Source: Bacteroidia bacterium (lineage in GTDB: Bacteria; Bacteroidota; Bacteroidia; SpSt-205). From it: a DNA stretch of 64,000 nucleotides. Positions 47,744 to 58,062 of this stretch are shown one piece after another. Location: the NCBI GenBank assembly GCA_025057135.1, contig JANWXY010000085.1, forward strand, positions 151 through 64,150, given 5' to 3'. The position numbers and the translations under genes were made by a program. The notes below the pieces were generated by a model. That model saw nothing but the letters and a program-made list of their open reading frames with translations, was not told the origin of the DNA and did not search any database. Position 1 is the stretch's first letter; each line of letters starts with the position of its first letter.

Positions 47744-49045
47744 GTGGCTCGGATAGCCCTCCATACCTTAGGCTGCAAGCTGAACTTCGCAGAGACAGCT
47801 ACCATAGCCCGCCAGCTTACCTCAGCTGGACACACCTTGACCGATTGGGAAGCGCCGGCAGATGTGTATATACTGAATACCTGCACAGTGACCCACCAAG
47901 CGGAACGAAAAGCACATAAACTTCTCCGCCAAATTCACCGACGCGCTCCTGAGGCTTTGATTATAGTGACAGGCTGCTATGCTCAACTTCGCCCAGAAGC
48001 CTTCCAAAATGAGCCGGGCGTAGCCCTCGTCGCCCGCAATACTCAGAAACCCTATTTGGCCCAAGCGGTTGATGACCTCCTTCAAATGAAGTCCGTCTCC
48101 CTGCCCGCCCCCCCTTCCCAGGGATGGTCTTTCTGGCTGAGTAGTTCTGGCGAAGGTCGTACTCGGGCTTTCCTGAAGGTTCAGGACGGGTGTGATTACA
48201 AATGCAGTTTCTGCACCATCCCCCAAGCTCGTGGTCCTAGCCGCAGCGCCACTCCGGAGACCGTCCTACAAGAGCTTTATACGATCGCCCAAGCGGGTTT
48301 CAAAGAAGTCGTCCTCACAGGAATCAATCTGGGTGACTACGGAAAGCCACACGGTACAGACTTTCTTACTCTATTGCAGTGGATTGAGAAAAAAGGCCCC
48401 TCGGAAATCCGTCGCTATCGCCTCTCGTCCATAGAACCCAATCTTCTACACGATGAGATTTTGGACTTTATCGCTGAGCATGAACGATGGGCTCCGCACT
48501 TTCATTTGCCCCTCCAGAGTGGGAGCGATAGACTCTTAGGGCGTATGCGTCGCCGGTATCGTCGCCGGCTATATGAAGACCGCATCAATGCCATTCGTCG
48601 CCGATTCCCTCTCGCTGGGATTGGAGTGGACGTAATAGTCGGCTTTCCGGGAGAAAGCGAGTCTGACTTCCAGGAGACTCACTTGTTTTTAGCTGAGCTG
48701 CCGGTAAGCTATTTACATGTTTTTCCTTACAGCGAGCGCCCCGGAACCTTGGCTGCTACTTTTTCAGATCAGGTACCTTGGGAAGTTCGCCTGTGGCGTA
48801 GCGAAATACTCCGAGAGCTTTCACAGCGAAAGAAAGCTGTTTTCGCCCAGAGCTGTATTGGTCACCCGTTACAAGCTCTCCTGGAAACCAGCGAGGAGGG
48901 TCTGACAGAAAACTATTTGCGGGTGCGTGTGACAGGAGGTGAGGTAGGCACGCTGACCCCCGTCCTACTGACTGGCACACAAGATGAAGAAGGGCTTTTT
49001 CATGCAAGGATAATCAATCAGCCCCACCCTATACCGACCTTGTAA
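47744..49045 (+). CDS. mtaB: tRNA t6A37 methylthiotransferase MtaB
   Basis: TLGCKLNFAE, NTCTVT, VTGCYAQ, KVQDGCDYKCSFC, LSSIEP, HFHLPLQSG and DVIVGFPGE. Confidence 0.92.
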   Translation: MARIALHTLGCKLNFAETATIARQLTSAGHTLTDWEAPADVYILNTCTVTHQAERKAHKLLRQIHRRAPEALIIVTGCYAQLRPEAFQNEPGVALVARNTQKPYLAQAVDDLLQMKSVSLPAPPSQGWSFWLSSSGEGRTRAFLKVQDGCDYKCSFCTIPQARGPSRSATPETVLQELYTIAQAGFKEVVLTGINLGDYGKPHGTDFLTLLQWIEKKGPSEIRRYRLSSIEPNLLHDEILDFIAEHERWAPHFHLPLQSGSDRLLGRMRRRYRRRLYEDRINAIRRRFPLAGIGVDVIVGFPGESESDFQETHLFLAELPVSYLHVFPYSERPGTLAATFSDQVPWEVRLWRSEILRELSQRKKAVFAQSCIGHPLQALLETSEEGLTENYLRVRVTGGEVGTLTPVLLTGTQDEEGLFHARIINQPHPIPTL

Positions 49046-49129
49046 GAGTCCTGTCGTCCAGCCTGTCGCACAAAATAAAAATCTCATGCAGCACTTCTCT
49101 TTGGGCCCCTCGCCCTGTGCAGAAAATAG

Positions 49130-49164
49130 AAAAAGCGGCAACCGTCACTGTGGATGATTGCCGC
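49130..49164 (-). terminator. Probable intrinsic terminator of the act operon
   Basis: GCGGCAA...TTGCCGC stem (extendable with G-U pairs) preceded on the plus strand by an A run. Confidence 0.6.
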
Positions 49165-49193
49165 CATATGCATTAGGTTGACTCAGGCAGAGC

Positions 49194-50471
49194 TTACATC
49201 GGTTCGTAGCTGTGATGAACGCTTTCCTCTAAATAAGGATGATGCCGAGGAGTCAAAGAAGGAAACTTTTCCATCTGGCGAGCCGCAAGCCAAAATAGCC
49301 CCCCTGCACCAATCAAGAAGAAGCCTACTTCCATCGCTCCGAGGCCACCAGCTTTACCGGCTACCGAAGGCATCACGACCATAAAGGTATCCAACCAGTG
49401 CGTGAAAAGGAGAATGCCAGTTATTATGCTCAACCATGTATAGTTTCTCTTGATTGAGGCGCTCATAAGTCCCAGAAGCGGGAGTAGGAAGTTTAGAACG
49501 ATCGTGACATAGAAAATCGGCACATACTGGGGATTGACATGAGCCCTTATCCGCTCATAGAACCAGAAGGTTTCCTCGGGGATATTTGCATACCAGATGA
49601 GCATAAACTGCCCGTAGAAGATATACGTCCAGAATATACTGAAAGCAAAAACAAACTTGCCCAAATCATGAATATGACTATCATTTACTCCCGATAGATA
49701 GCCATTTTTCTTCAAGATAACGGCGGAGAAGGTGATGAAGCAAATAGTTGTAATCCAGAGATTAGCGAAATTGTACACTGCGAACATGGTACTAAACCAG
49801 TGAGGCGAAGTGCTCATAAGCCAATCCCAGCTGGCTATTGACCAGCTAAGGGCGAAAAATACAATGAAGCCCGCGGCCAACCTGCGTAAGTTATGAAAGT
49901 ATCTTATTTCGCCCGTGCTATCCAGACTTTCCCAGTTCTTCGTAAATCCGCGCCAGAAAAGCAACCATCCTCCCAGAATAATCGCCAAACGAATAGCAAA
50001 GAAAGGGAGGTTGAGATAGCCGCTCTTGTGCCTGAGAATCTCATCCTTCGCTACAACATCGCTGTGGGTCCATTCATAGAGGATGGTAGAAAGAGACAAG
50101 ATAACGATAGCCAGCAAACCGGCTGTTACCGGAAGGCTGCGCGCAAATGCCTGTGGTATCCGCTGAATCATCACATACCATCCCGCATTCGCAGCATAAC
50201 CTACCGCTAAGAAGAAGACGGATAAAATGCTGACCCCCAGCATATACATGCTGGTGATGAGCAAATTGGCGGAGAGGCGACTCAACCATGGGGCGGTATG
50301 GTGACCATGTCCCTCCGAATGTTCCACATGAATACCAAACGCTTGTACTAATCCCACTAAGACGAGGATTATTCCTATCACAAAAGCATAGAGCAGGTAC
50401 TTACGCAGAGACGCAGGCATAGCGAAGCGTTCATGCCAGTTTATATTAGAGGAGGCGTGCGAATGTCCCAT
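49194..50471 (-). CDS. actF: Alternative complex III membrane subunit ActF
   Basis: About 10 TM helices; LYEWTH, SWDWLMSTSPHWFSTMF, HIHDLGKF and QFMLIWYANIPEET; last gene of the act operon. Confidence 0.9.
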   Translation of the reverse strand: MGHSHASSNINWHERFAMPASLRKYLLYAFVIGIILVLVGLVQAFGIHVEHSEGHGHHTAPWLSRLSANLLITSMYMLGVSILSVFFLAVGYAANAGWYVMIQRIPQAFARSLPVTAGLLAIVILSLSTILYEWTHSDVVAKDEILRHKSGYLNLPFFAIRLAIILGGWLLFWRGFTKNWESLDSTGEIRYFHNLRRLAAGFIVFFALSWSIASWDWLMSTSPHWFSTMFAVYNFANLWITTICFITFSAVILKKNGYLSGVNDSHIHDLGKFVFAFSIFWTYIFYGQFMLIWYANIPEETFWFYERIRAHVNPQYVPIFYVTIVLNFLLPLLGLMSASIKRNYTWLSIITGILLFTHWLDTFMVVMPSVAGKAGGLGAMEVGFFLIGAGGLFWLAARQMEKFPSLTPRHHPYLEESVHHSYEPM

Positions 50472-50474
50472 AGT

Positions 50475-51143
50475 CTATTGTTTTTTGCCGGGTTTATCTT
50501 GATTTTTATCGGTATTTTTAGCTTTGGATTGAGTGGTATCGGAGGCGGCAGATTGAGCCTCTTCCATCAGCCCCTTTGCTCTCAGCTCCTGGACGTACAT
50601 AATAACCTTCCAACGCTCCTCGGGAGACAGTTGAGAGGCATGAGACCCCATCAGATTCTTTCCGTAGGTAATAGAATGGAACATCTTTCCCTCTGGAAGC
50701 TCTCGGAGCTGCGGACCATAGTAAGAGGGGACCTGAGGAAACTTTCCAGCTTGGACAATGGTACCTAATCCATTGCCCTTTTCTCCATGACAGTGAATAC
50801 AGTAATACTCATAGAGCTTTTTACCCTCGGCTATGTTCTCTGGCGTGCGAGGGAGCGGATTTTTTAGCTCCTTCCCCGCTTGTTCGTACCCTTCGTTGGT
50901 GTTCGGATATGGGTAGATATAGGAGACTTTACCCCGAGGAATCGTACCAGAAACGGGTTCTATGAGGTGTTTATTATCTTTCGTATAAGCAAAGTAATCC
51001 GTCTGGGAATAGGGGTCAAGGGGAATGGAGTGGTACATCTGAGGAGCGTATTCTAACCCCGTATCTCGAGGGTCAGTCGCAGCACAACCGGAAACAGCTA
51101 TGATAGCTGTAAAAGCAGCGAAAAATACTAATGTACGCCTCAT
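50475..51143 (-). CDS. actE: Alternative complex III monoheme cytochrome c lipoprotein ActE
   Basis: Lipobox VSG|C, EYAPQMY, single CIHCH, ITYGKNLMGSHASQL. ATG 51143 overlaps the actD stop. Confidence 0.88.
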   Translation of the reverse strand: MRRTLVFFAAFTAIIAVSGCAATDPRDTGLEYAPQMYHSIPLDPYSQTDYFAYTKDNKHLIEPVSGTIPRGKVSYIYPYPNTNEGYEQAGKELKNPLPRTPENIAEGKKLYEYYCIHCHGEKGNGLGTIVQAGKFPQVPSYYGPQLRELPEGKMFHSITYGKNLMGSHASQLSPEERWKVIMYVQELRAKGLMEEAQSAASDTTQSKAKNTDKNQDKPGKKQ

Positions 51144-51646
51144 CTTTCTACAATTTTGGCTTCTATGGCACCTGTTTTTTGAAATAGGGAGCGGGCGGTA
51201 TCCCAAGCTCTCTCATCAGAAATCGCTATAACCATGGCATCATCAGTTTGTCGGGGATCATATATAAGAGCTTTGCGCCCCGGATAGAGCCTATTCACGA
51301 ATAAATATGAGAGAAACATAAGCACCCCCGCAAATAAAACCGTCAGCTCAAATGTGATGGGGATGAAGCTTGGGAAGGGGAGATTAGATTTACCACCGAT
51401 ATTTACAGGCCAATCTATGGTGTACATATAAATCTGCATAGAGAGTGCCGTGAGAGTGCCGAGAGCCCCATAAACAAATGCTGCATCGGGCAGGCGAGAC
51501 TTCTTCAGGTGTAGCGCGTGATCTAATCCATGGACGGGAAATGGAGTACAGACCTCATGGATGGGTACATGCTCTTTCCGAAAGGTTTCCACGGCAGCCA
51601 GGAGTTTATCTTCATCGTCGTATAGCCCTATCAGGTACTTCGGCAT
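51140..51646 (-). CDS. actD: Alternative complex III subunit ActD (DUF3341)
   Basis: TPFPVHGLD, DWPVNIGGK and FIPITFELTVLF. Confidence 0.9.
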   Translation of the reverse strand: MPKYLIGLYDDEDKLLAAVETFRKEHVPIHEVCTPFPVHGLDHALHLKKSRLPDAAFVYGALGTLTALSMQIYMYTIDWPVNIGGKSNLPFPSFIPITFELTVLFAGVLMFLSYLFVNRLYPGRKALIYDPRQTDDAMVIAISDERAWDTARSLFQKTGAIEAKIVER

Positions 51647-51652
51647 ATGGTA

Positions 51653-53107
51653 TCAAGATTTTGGAGTGTCGGCATCCATAGCAGGTTGCAGTGCAGGTGA
51701 CACAGAGCCTTGGCGTTTTTGGGCTTGATAAGCCTCCCATGCAAGGCCCGCATATTGGTCACCAGAAGTTTTCAGAATACTTTTAGTCTCAGCAGCCGCT
51801 ATAACTGGCAGATAACGGGCGAAGAGCAAATAAAGCGTCAGGAATAAGCCAAATGTTCCCACAAATATTGTAACCTCCACCCACGTAGGAGCATACATCC
51901 GCCAAGAGGACGCCAGGAAGTCTCTATGAAGGGAAGTCACGATAATAACAAACCGTTCAAACCACATCCCGATATTGACGAATATGGATATAATGAAGAC
52001 GAACCAGGGACTGCGGCGTAGCTTCTTGAACCAAAAGACCTGAGGGATAAATAGATTACAAGACACCATAGCCCAGTACGACCACCAGTACGGACCGAAA
52101 GCTCTATTTAGAAAAATGTATCTCTCCCAGTAAGAACCTGAGTACCAGGCGATGAAAAATTCAGTAGCATATGCGAAGCCCACCATCATCCCCGTCGCCA
52201 AGGTGACCTTCGCCATGGCGTCAATGTGCTCGAGAGTAATATAGTCTTTCAAATCCAACACTTCTCGAGTAATAATCATCAGTGTGAGTACCATCCCAAA
52301 GCCTGAGAATATAGCCCCGGCGACGAAATACGGAGGGAAAATAGTTGTATGCCACCCTGGTAATATAGAAGTAGCGAAGTCAAAACTCACTATAGAATGC
52401 ACGGACAAAACTAGAGGGGTAGAAAGCCCAGCGAGAACTAACGATACTGCTTCGAAGCGTTGCCATTGCTTCGCACTACCAGTCCATCCGAAAGAGAGCA
52501 GACTATATACCGCATGTGCGAAACTTCCCGGCTTGGCTCGGTCACGAACCATCGCAAGGTCAGGAATAAGCCCTGTGTACCAGAAAAGCAGGGAAATAGT
52601 AAAGTAGGTACTGATAGCGAAAACATCCCAAAGCAAGGGGGAATTGAAATTCACCCAAAGTGAGCCATGCGTATTGGGGAGGGGTAAAAACCAGAAAGCT
52701 AACCATGGACGACCCATGTGTATGATAGGAAAGAGCCCGGCACATATCACGGCGAAAATCGTCATTGCTTCTGCGGCGCGATTGATGGCCATACGCCACC
52801 TCTGACGAAAGAGGAGAAGTATCGCTGATATGAGGGTACCTGCGTGCCCTATACCTATCCAGAAAACGAAGTTGGTAATGTCAAAAGCCCAACCGACAGT
52901 CTTATTTAAGCCCCATGTCCCGATACCCACCCAAAGGGTATAGGCTATGGCACCAAATCCAGCAAACATTACCCCTGCCGTAAAGGCAGTAGTTACATAC
53001 CACTTCCAACTGGCAGGACCAAGGATTGGGGCGACTAAGTCGTCGGTTATCTTCCGATAGGTCTTGCGACCTGTAATCAGCGGCTCTCTAATCGGGCTCT
53101 CAAACAT
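51653..53107 (-). CDS. actC: Alternative complex III quinol-binding subunit ActC (NrfD family)
   Basis: WAFDITNFVFWIGIGHAGTLISAIL, HMGRPW, SPLLWDVFA, PLVLSVHSIVSFDFA and GMWFERFVI. Confidence 0.93.
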   Translation of the reverse strand: MFESPIREPLITGRKTYRKITDDLVAPILGPASWKWYVTTAFTAGVMFAGFGAIAYTLWVGIGTWGLNKTVGWAFDITNFVFWIGIGHAGTLISAILLLFRQRWRMAINRAAEAMTIFAVICAGLFPIIHMGRPWLAFWFLPLPNTHGSLWVNFNSPLLWDVFAISTYFTISLLFWYTGLIPDLAMVRDRAKPGSFAHAVYSLLSFGWTGSAKQWQRFEAVSLVLAGLSTPLVLSVHSIVSFDFATSILPGWHTTIFPPYFVAGAIFSGFGMVLTLMIITREVLDLKDYITLEHIDAMAKVTLATGMMVGFAYATEFFIAWYSGSYWERYIFLNRAFGPYWWSYWAMVSCNLFIPQVFWFKKLRRSPWFVFIISIFVNIGMWFERFVIIVTSLHRDFLASSWRMYAPTWVEVTIFVGTFGLFLTLYLLFARYLPVIAAAETKSILKTSGDQYAGLAWEAYQAQKRQGSVSPALQPAMDADTPKS

Positions 53108-53109
53108 AG

Positions 53110-56100
53110 TTATGCATGATGAGTTTGAGGGATTTCTTCATTACGAATTTTGACCATATAACGCACAGAAGGGCGAATATTCAACTCAGACAGAGCATAA
53201 TAACCACGAGGTTCGGCGGAACGCTTGGATACCAGACTCTCTGGATCATTCAAATCCCCGAAGACAATGGCTCCCGTAGGACAGGCTTGCTGGCAGGCTG
53301 TCTTTATATCGCCATCGCGCAGGGGACGCCCTTGCTTTTTCGCCTCCAACTTCCCAGCTTGGATACGCTGGGTGCAGAAGCTACATTTCTCCATGACGCC
53401 CCGCGCCCGCACTGTGACGTCGGGATTAAGTACCATGCGCCCGAGCTCATCTACAGGGTTGAAGACCCAGCGTTCCGCATTTGTATAATCAAACCAGTTG
53501 AAACGACGGACTTTGTAAGGACAGTTGTTTGCGCAGTAGCGGGTACCGACGCAGCGGTTATAGACCTGTTGATTGATTCCTTCGGAGCTATGGGCAATCG
53601 CTAAGACCGGACAGACCGTTTCACATGGAGCGTGGTCGCAGTGCTGACAAAGCATAGGTTGGAAAAATGCCCGAGGGAAATCTTCGGGAGGAGCGGCTGG
53701 GAACTCTTCTGGCTTTCCTGTATGACCTCGTTGAGAAGTGAAATAACGGTCTATCCGTATCCAGTGCATGTCTCGCCCCCTCCGCATTTCATCCCGTCCC
53801 ACCACAGGTATGTTATTCTCTGCAATACAAGCCACGACGCAGGCGCCACATCCTGTACAGAGATTCAGGTCTATGGCCATGCCCCACTTGTGCCCTGGCT
53901 GCGGGTGCTCTTTCCACCATAGACTAATCAGCTCATGAGCTTCGTGATTGCCAGCCTTTTTGTCCTCCTTATAAGCAGCTAAGGAAGCCTCGCGAATGTA
54001 TTCTCTCCCGACATAGGTCTCCCACTGCTGAATGCGCGCTAACTCATAGTTCGCATTCAGTTTAGCTACCGAGGCATCCAGAGCGACACAAGTGCGATGG
54101 CCAGATGGTAGCTTAGAGAAAAAGCTAAACACATTTTTACCAATACCTACCGCCGCTCGTCCCCCCACATCACGCCCATATCCCATAGCGACGGCTATGG
54201 TCTTAGGATCAGCACCAGGTAGAACATATACAGGCAGCTCTACGGAAACATTCCCCACCGAAAGGGTAATAACATCATTCGTGTTTAGTCCTGCCTGGCG
54301 GGCATAAACGGGCGAAATGACAGCATAGTTATCCCATGATACCCGGGAGACGGGATCAGGAAACTCCTGAAGCCAGGGATTATCGGCTACTCTACCATCT
54401 CCGATACCGACTTTCTCATAAACATATACTGTAAGAGGCGGAGGGTCTTGGAGGGCTGGAAGCTGCGCCACCCACTGAGCAAGATTCCAGTTCAGCTTAG
54501 GCTGCGCAGCCGGGGTGTTAGTCATGTCTAATACCCCTCGCTCTAAGACACTCAGCCAAAAAGCCTCAGCTGTCTCTACAGGCAAAGGCGCTTCTGTCTG
54601 AGCCCAGAATGGCTGAGCTTTTCCACCTTCTCGAGCCTTTAGGACGTCTTTGTATGCAGGGTAAATGTTTTTCGCCCAAAAAGCTTTCAGATAGTCTAAG
54701 TGCGATTCAGTTCGTCCCAACCAGCCCAGCAATATCTCTGCAAACGACTTCGTAGAAAATATCTTGGCTATAGTAGGTTGCTGAAGCGTGTAGAGTCCAT
54801 CATAGGGCTGTGCATCCCCCCAACTCTCTAAATAGTGGTCCTCAGCTAATACATACTTACAAAGCTGAGCGGTTTCGTTTTTATACTGGGTGATGGATAC
54901 GGAAACAGGTACGCTCTTCAAGACATCAATAAAGGTAGATGCCTGAGGATAATCATAAGCCGGATTGACCTGGTGAAGGATTACGCCTCCCACACGCCCT
55001 GCCTTTGCCTCAGTAAGAAAAGTCTCAAAGTCAGCATCCTTCTCAGAGCGGAGGCGACAGCCAGGCTGGACGAAAATCGTATTACCATAGCTATCCAGCA
55101 GGATATTTATACCCGCCACAAGGGCTTGGAATACTGGAATATGTGAGCGAGCAACAACAATCGCTTTGCCACGCGATTCCCATAGGCGCTTGGCAGTGTG
55201 AGCGATATCACCATTTGGGGTATCCCAACGATCATTATTAGCTGGAGGCTGTCCAGCAAGCTCCGCGATACGGTTATAGAGATTCACGATAGCCCGCTGA
55301 ATCTCTACTGGAGATAAAGCGATTCGCCTATCTGCACTCAGACCAGTGATTGTAGGTACAGACTCAAACTGTACATGATAGGAAAGATTTGTAGCCTCCC
55401 CATATAACTGACGATTTTTCGACCACTGACGAGAAAAGGTAGTTGGATCCAACCAGGTCCCGAGAAAGTCTGCATTGAGCCCAACTATCACCTGGGCTTT
55501 ATCAAAACGGTATGTGGGGGCTGTTCGCACGCCGAAGATAACTTCATGAGCGGTAAGGAGCGCATCGTAAGACTCAGGGGCATAAACGATGTGACGTGCA
55601 TTCTTGAATGTACCGAGCCATTCACTAATAAGGTTTTGTAGTGATGGACTGATGATTGGAGCGGTAATCAAGTAGATGAGCTTGCCTTGCGCATCCTGAG
55701 CCTTGAGCTGCTCTACCAGAGCAGCTCCTAATGCACTCCAGTCCGACTCCTGACCATCTGCCTGAGGCTTTTGGAGCCGCATATGATCATACAACGAAAG
55801 GACAGAAGCTTGCCCCCGAACATGGGTACCGCCTTCTGACAGAGGGAAGGACGGATTGCCTTCTATCTTGATGGGACGCCCATCCCGAACTTTCGCAAGT
55901 ACAGATTGAAATATCTGCCCATCAAAGTAAGTCGTAGCATAATAGTCAGCTATGCTGGGTATATGCTCAGCTGGCTTTTTTACATAGGGCAGGGCGTACT
56001 TGACAGGGGATTTTTCACAGGCAGCCAGCACCGCTGCGCTAAGCGTTACGCCGCACCACTTGAGAAAGTCTCGGCGATTAGTATTTGGACCTTCCTCAAA

Positions 56101-56139
56101 AAGGGCTTCTACGGGGATATCTTTGGAAAAATCTTTCAT
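53110..56139 (-). CDS. actB: Alternative complex III subunit ActB (molybdopterin-oxidoreductase-like + Fe-S domain)
   Basis: Tat motif NRRDFLK; GRPIKIEGNP; NPWLQEFPDP; Fe-S motifs CTGCGACVVAC, CQHCDHAPCETVC, CVGTRYCANNC and CSFC...CQQAC. ATG 56139 preferred. Confidence 0.93.
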   Translation of the reverse strand: MKDFSKDIPVEALFEEGPNTNRRDFLKWCGVTLSAAVLAACEKSPVKYALPYVKKPAEHIPSIADYYATTYFDGQIFQSVLAKVRDGRPIKIEGNPSFPLSEGGTHVRGQASVLSLYDHMRLQKPQADGQESDWSALGAALVEQLKAQDAQGKLIYLITAPIISPSLQNLISEWLGTFKNARHIVYAPESYDALLTAHEVIFGVRTAPTYRFDKAQVIVGLNADFLGTWLDPTTFSRQWSKNRQLYGEATNLSYHVQFESVPTITGLSADRRIALSPVEIQRAIVNLYNRIAELAGQPPANNDRWDTPNGDIAHTAKRLWESRGKAIVVARSHIPVFQALVAGINILLDSYGNTIFVQPGCRLRSEKDADFETFLTEAKAGRVGGVILHQVNPAYDYPQASTFIDVLKSVPVSVSITQYKNETAQLCKYVLAEDHYLESWGDAQPYDGLYTLQQPTIAKIFSTKSFAEILLGWLGRTESHLDYLKAFWAKNIYPAYKDVLKAREGGKAQPFWAQTEAPLPVETAEAFWLSVLERGVLDMTNTPAAQPKLNWNLAQWVAQLPALQDPPPLTVYVYEKVGIGDGRVADNPWLQEFPDPVSRVSWDNYAVISPVYARQAGLNTNDVITLSVGNVSVELPVYVLPGADPKTIAVAMGYGRDVGGRAAVGIGKNVFSFFSKLPSGHRTCVALDASVAKLNANYELARIQQWETYVGREYIREASLAAYKEDKKAGNHEAHELISLWWKEHPQPGHKWGMAIDLNLCTGCGACVVACIAENNIPVVGRDEMRRGRDMHWIRIDRYFTSQRGHTGKPEEFPAAPPEDFPRAFFQPMLCQHCDHAPCETVCPVLAIAHSSEGINQQVYNRCVGTRYCANNCPYKVRRFNWFDYTNAERWVFNPVDELGRMVLNPDVTVRARGVMEKCSFCTQRIQAGKLEAKKQGRPLRDGDIKTACQQACPTGAIVFGDLNDPESLVSKRSAEPRGYYALSELNIRPSVRYMVKIRNEEIPQTHHA

Positions 56140-56153
56140 ACTTATCGACTTAT

Positions 56154-57347
56154 TTAGTAATGGCATTTTGAGCATTCCAAACCACCTATTCTCTCAACGG
56201 TAACCTCCTTCTCTTTGAGCTGGTCATGAAGCCGGGCGTAATAAGGGTTGGCAGTTAGGTCTACTTTGGTCTGACGATGGCAGTTAATGCACCAGCCCAT
56301 GCTTAGGTCGCTATACTGATAGACCTCCTCCATCTCCTGGACGGGACCATGACAGGTCTGACAGGCAATCCCCCCTACCTTTACATGTTGCGCATGATTG
56401 AAATAGACAAAATCCGGTAGATTGTGGATGCGCACCCATTCAATCGGCTTGCCTTCCTGCCAGGAAGCAAGGATTTTACCGATTTCTTTGGTGCCGTACT
56501 TAGAGCCCTCTTGGATGTAGTTGTGACAGTTCATACAAATGTTTGTAGAGGGGATAGTAGCCGACTTTCCTTTTTCCACACCGATATGACAATATTGACA
56601 GGCTATTTTGTACTCGCCAGCATGAGTTTTGTGAGAGAAAGCGATAGGTTGGACGGGTTGATAACCTTTATGGAGGCCAATAGAACGGGCTTTCTTGACA
56701 GTAGCACTGGTGAGCCAAACCAGGACCAACAATGACACTACTCCGAGAAACTTTCGGGAAGATACCACGCTCCAGAGCCTTTCCGCCGTAGATGGCTTAG
56801 GGGCGGCGCTCTCCTCCACTGGACGGAGAATGCGAGAGAGCGCCATTGTGGAAATGATGAGCGCGATACTGATAGCCCCAAGGGAGATTACAAGTATCCA
56901 GAGAATGGGACCTGTTCCTCCACTACCCCCCTCAGCAGATGCAGAAGCTCCTCCACTACCTCCCCCAGCTGGCGTGGCCGCTGCAGAGGCAGCCGCCTGA
57001 GATTCTGATTTGATGTAGCTCAGGATAGATTTTATCTCTGCCTCTGAAAGGGCTGTGAAAGCGGTCATTACCGCTTTGTTGTACTCTTCATAGAGCTTTT
57101 TAGCGTAAGCGGAATTTTTGAAGTTTCCATTGATGTAGGCCTGAGAGTTTTGAATAAATTTCACCATCTCGGCTTCATCTCCTCCCCAGCGCTCATGGGC
57201 ACCTTTCAAAGCGGGACCGACTACGCGACGATTGACAGCATGGCAAGAGGCACAGTTAGCCTGGAAGAGCGCCTTTCCATCCTGTGCCCACACAAGCCCT
57301 AATATGGCTACTATCCAGTATCTGCGCATAGTGAGTTTCATTTCCAT
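56154..57347 (-). CDS. actA: Alternative complex III multiheme cytochrome ActA with an extra N-terminal monoheme domain
   Basis: Six CxxCH motifs (CASCH; CQYCH, CMNCH, CQTCH, CINCH, CSKCH), QPIAFSH and LPDFVYFNH. The start is among ATG 57347, 57341 and 57329. Confidence 0.92.
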   Translation of the reverse strand: MEMKLTMRRYWIVAILGLVWAQDGKALFQANCASCHAVNRRVVGPALKGAHERWGGDEAEMVKFIQNSQAYINGNFKNSAYAKKLYEEYNKAVMTAFTALSEAEIKSILSYIKSESQAAASAAATPAGGGSGGASASAEGGSGGTGPILWILVISLGAISIALIISTMALSRILRPVEESAAPKPSTAERLWSVVSSRKFLGVVSLLVLVWLTSATVKKARSIGLHKGYQPVQPIAFSHKTHAGEYKIACQYCHIGVEKGKSATIPSTNICMNCHNYIQEGSKYGTKEIGKILASWQEGKPIEWVRIHNLPDFVYFNHAQHVKVGGIACQTCHGPVQEMEEVYQYSDLSMGWCINCHRQTKVDLTANPYYARLHDQLKEKEVTVERIGGLECSKCHY

Positions 57348-57380
57348 CTGAAAACCGAAGCAAAGGTAATGAAGTTCCAT

Positions 57381-58010
57381 TTACTTGCAGCTATGTTTCC
57401 GCAGTTCTAACTGGTGACGAAGCGAGTCCACTTGGCGTTGTAGAGAGAGGACATACAGAGTGAGCTCCTCTATTTTCTCCATCATAAGGCGCTGACTCTC
57501 AACGACAGAGATACCTTTCTGAGCTATATCATCTGCGGAGGGCATACCGGGTAAGCGCTGATGTTTCTGGATGTATGCTTCTAACTCATACAGGGAGCGA
57601 AGCCGATAGCCAGGGGAAAACACATAATCAGGCCAGCGACGCTGCGTATCTCTGGCTACGATTTCTTTGACTGTGATGGGAGCTTCAAAGCTGAAGGGGC
57701 CCTTAGCAATCCCACGACCATCCCCATACACGACGAATAGGTCGTAAGGCGTAATAGTGTCTTTGCTCGTACAGATGGCAAGGGCCTTGGTATTTGCAGC
57801 ATTTGGACCTTCCACCTGGGCGAAAAAGGTATATCCCCATTCCCCGCCAGGTGCGTGATAGATATGCAGTCCGCCTGTTCCAGTCCCTTTACCAATGTTA
57901 AGAGGAGTGGAAAGGTTATATTCTCTACTCTCGGGGTCATAAGTTAGTGCATCATCACAGCAGCCGGATAGCCAGAAGCTGAGGACTAAAACCACGCCAC
58001 ATGACCTCAT
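57381..58010 (-). CDS. Lipoprotein with a tail-fibre chaperone-like (peptidase S74-like) C-terminal domain
   Basis: MRSCGVVLVLSFWLSG|C lipobox; WPDYVF..Y.LRSL.ELEAYI.KH..LPGMPSA...EKIEELTLY followed by a coiled coil. ATG 58010 is 6 nt after TATATTTG. Confidence 0.7.
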   Translation of the reverse strand: MRSCGVVLVLSFWLSGCCDDALTYDPESREYNLSTPLNIGKGTGTGGLHIYHAPGGEWGYTFFAQVEGPNAANTKALAICTSKDTITPYDLFVVYGDGRGIAKGPFSFEAPITVKEIVARDTQRRWPDYVFSPGYRLRSLYELEAYIQKHQRLPGMPSADDIAQKGISVVESQRLMMEKIEELTLYVLSLQRQVDSLRHQLELRKHSCK

Positions 58011-58062
58011 ATCAGGCAAATATACTCCTAAGCTGCAAAGCCCCGAGTACCTTTGCGACGGC

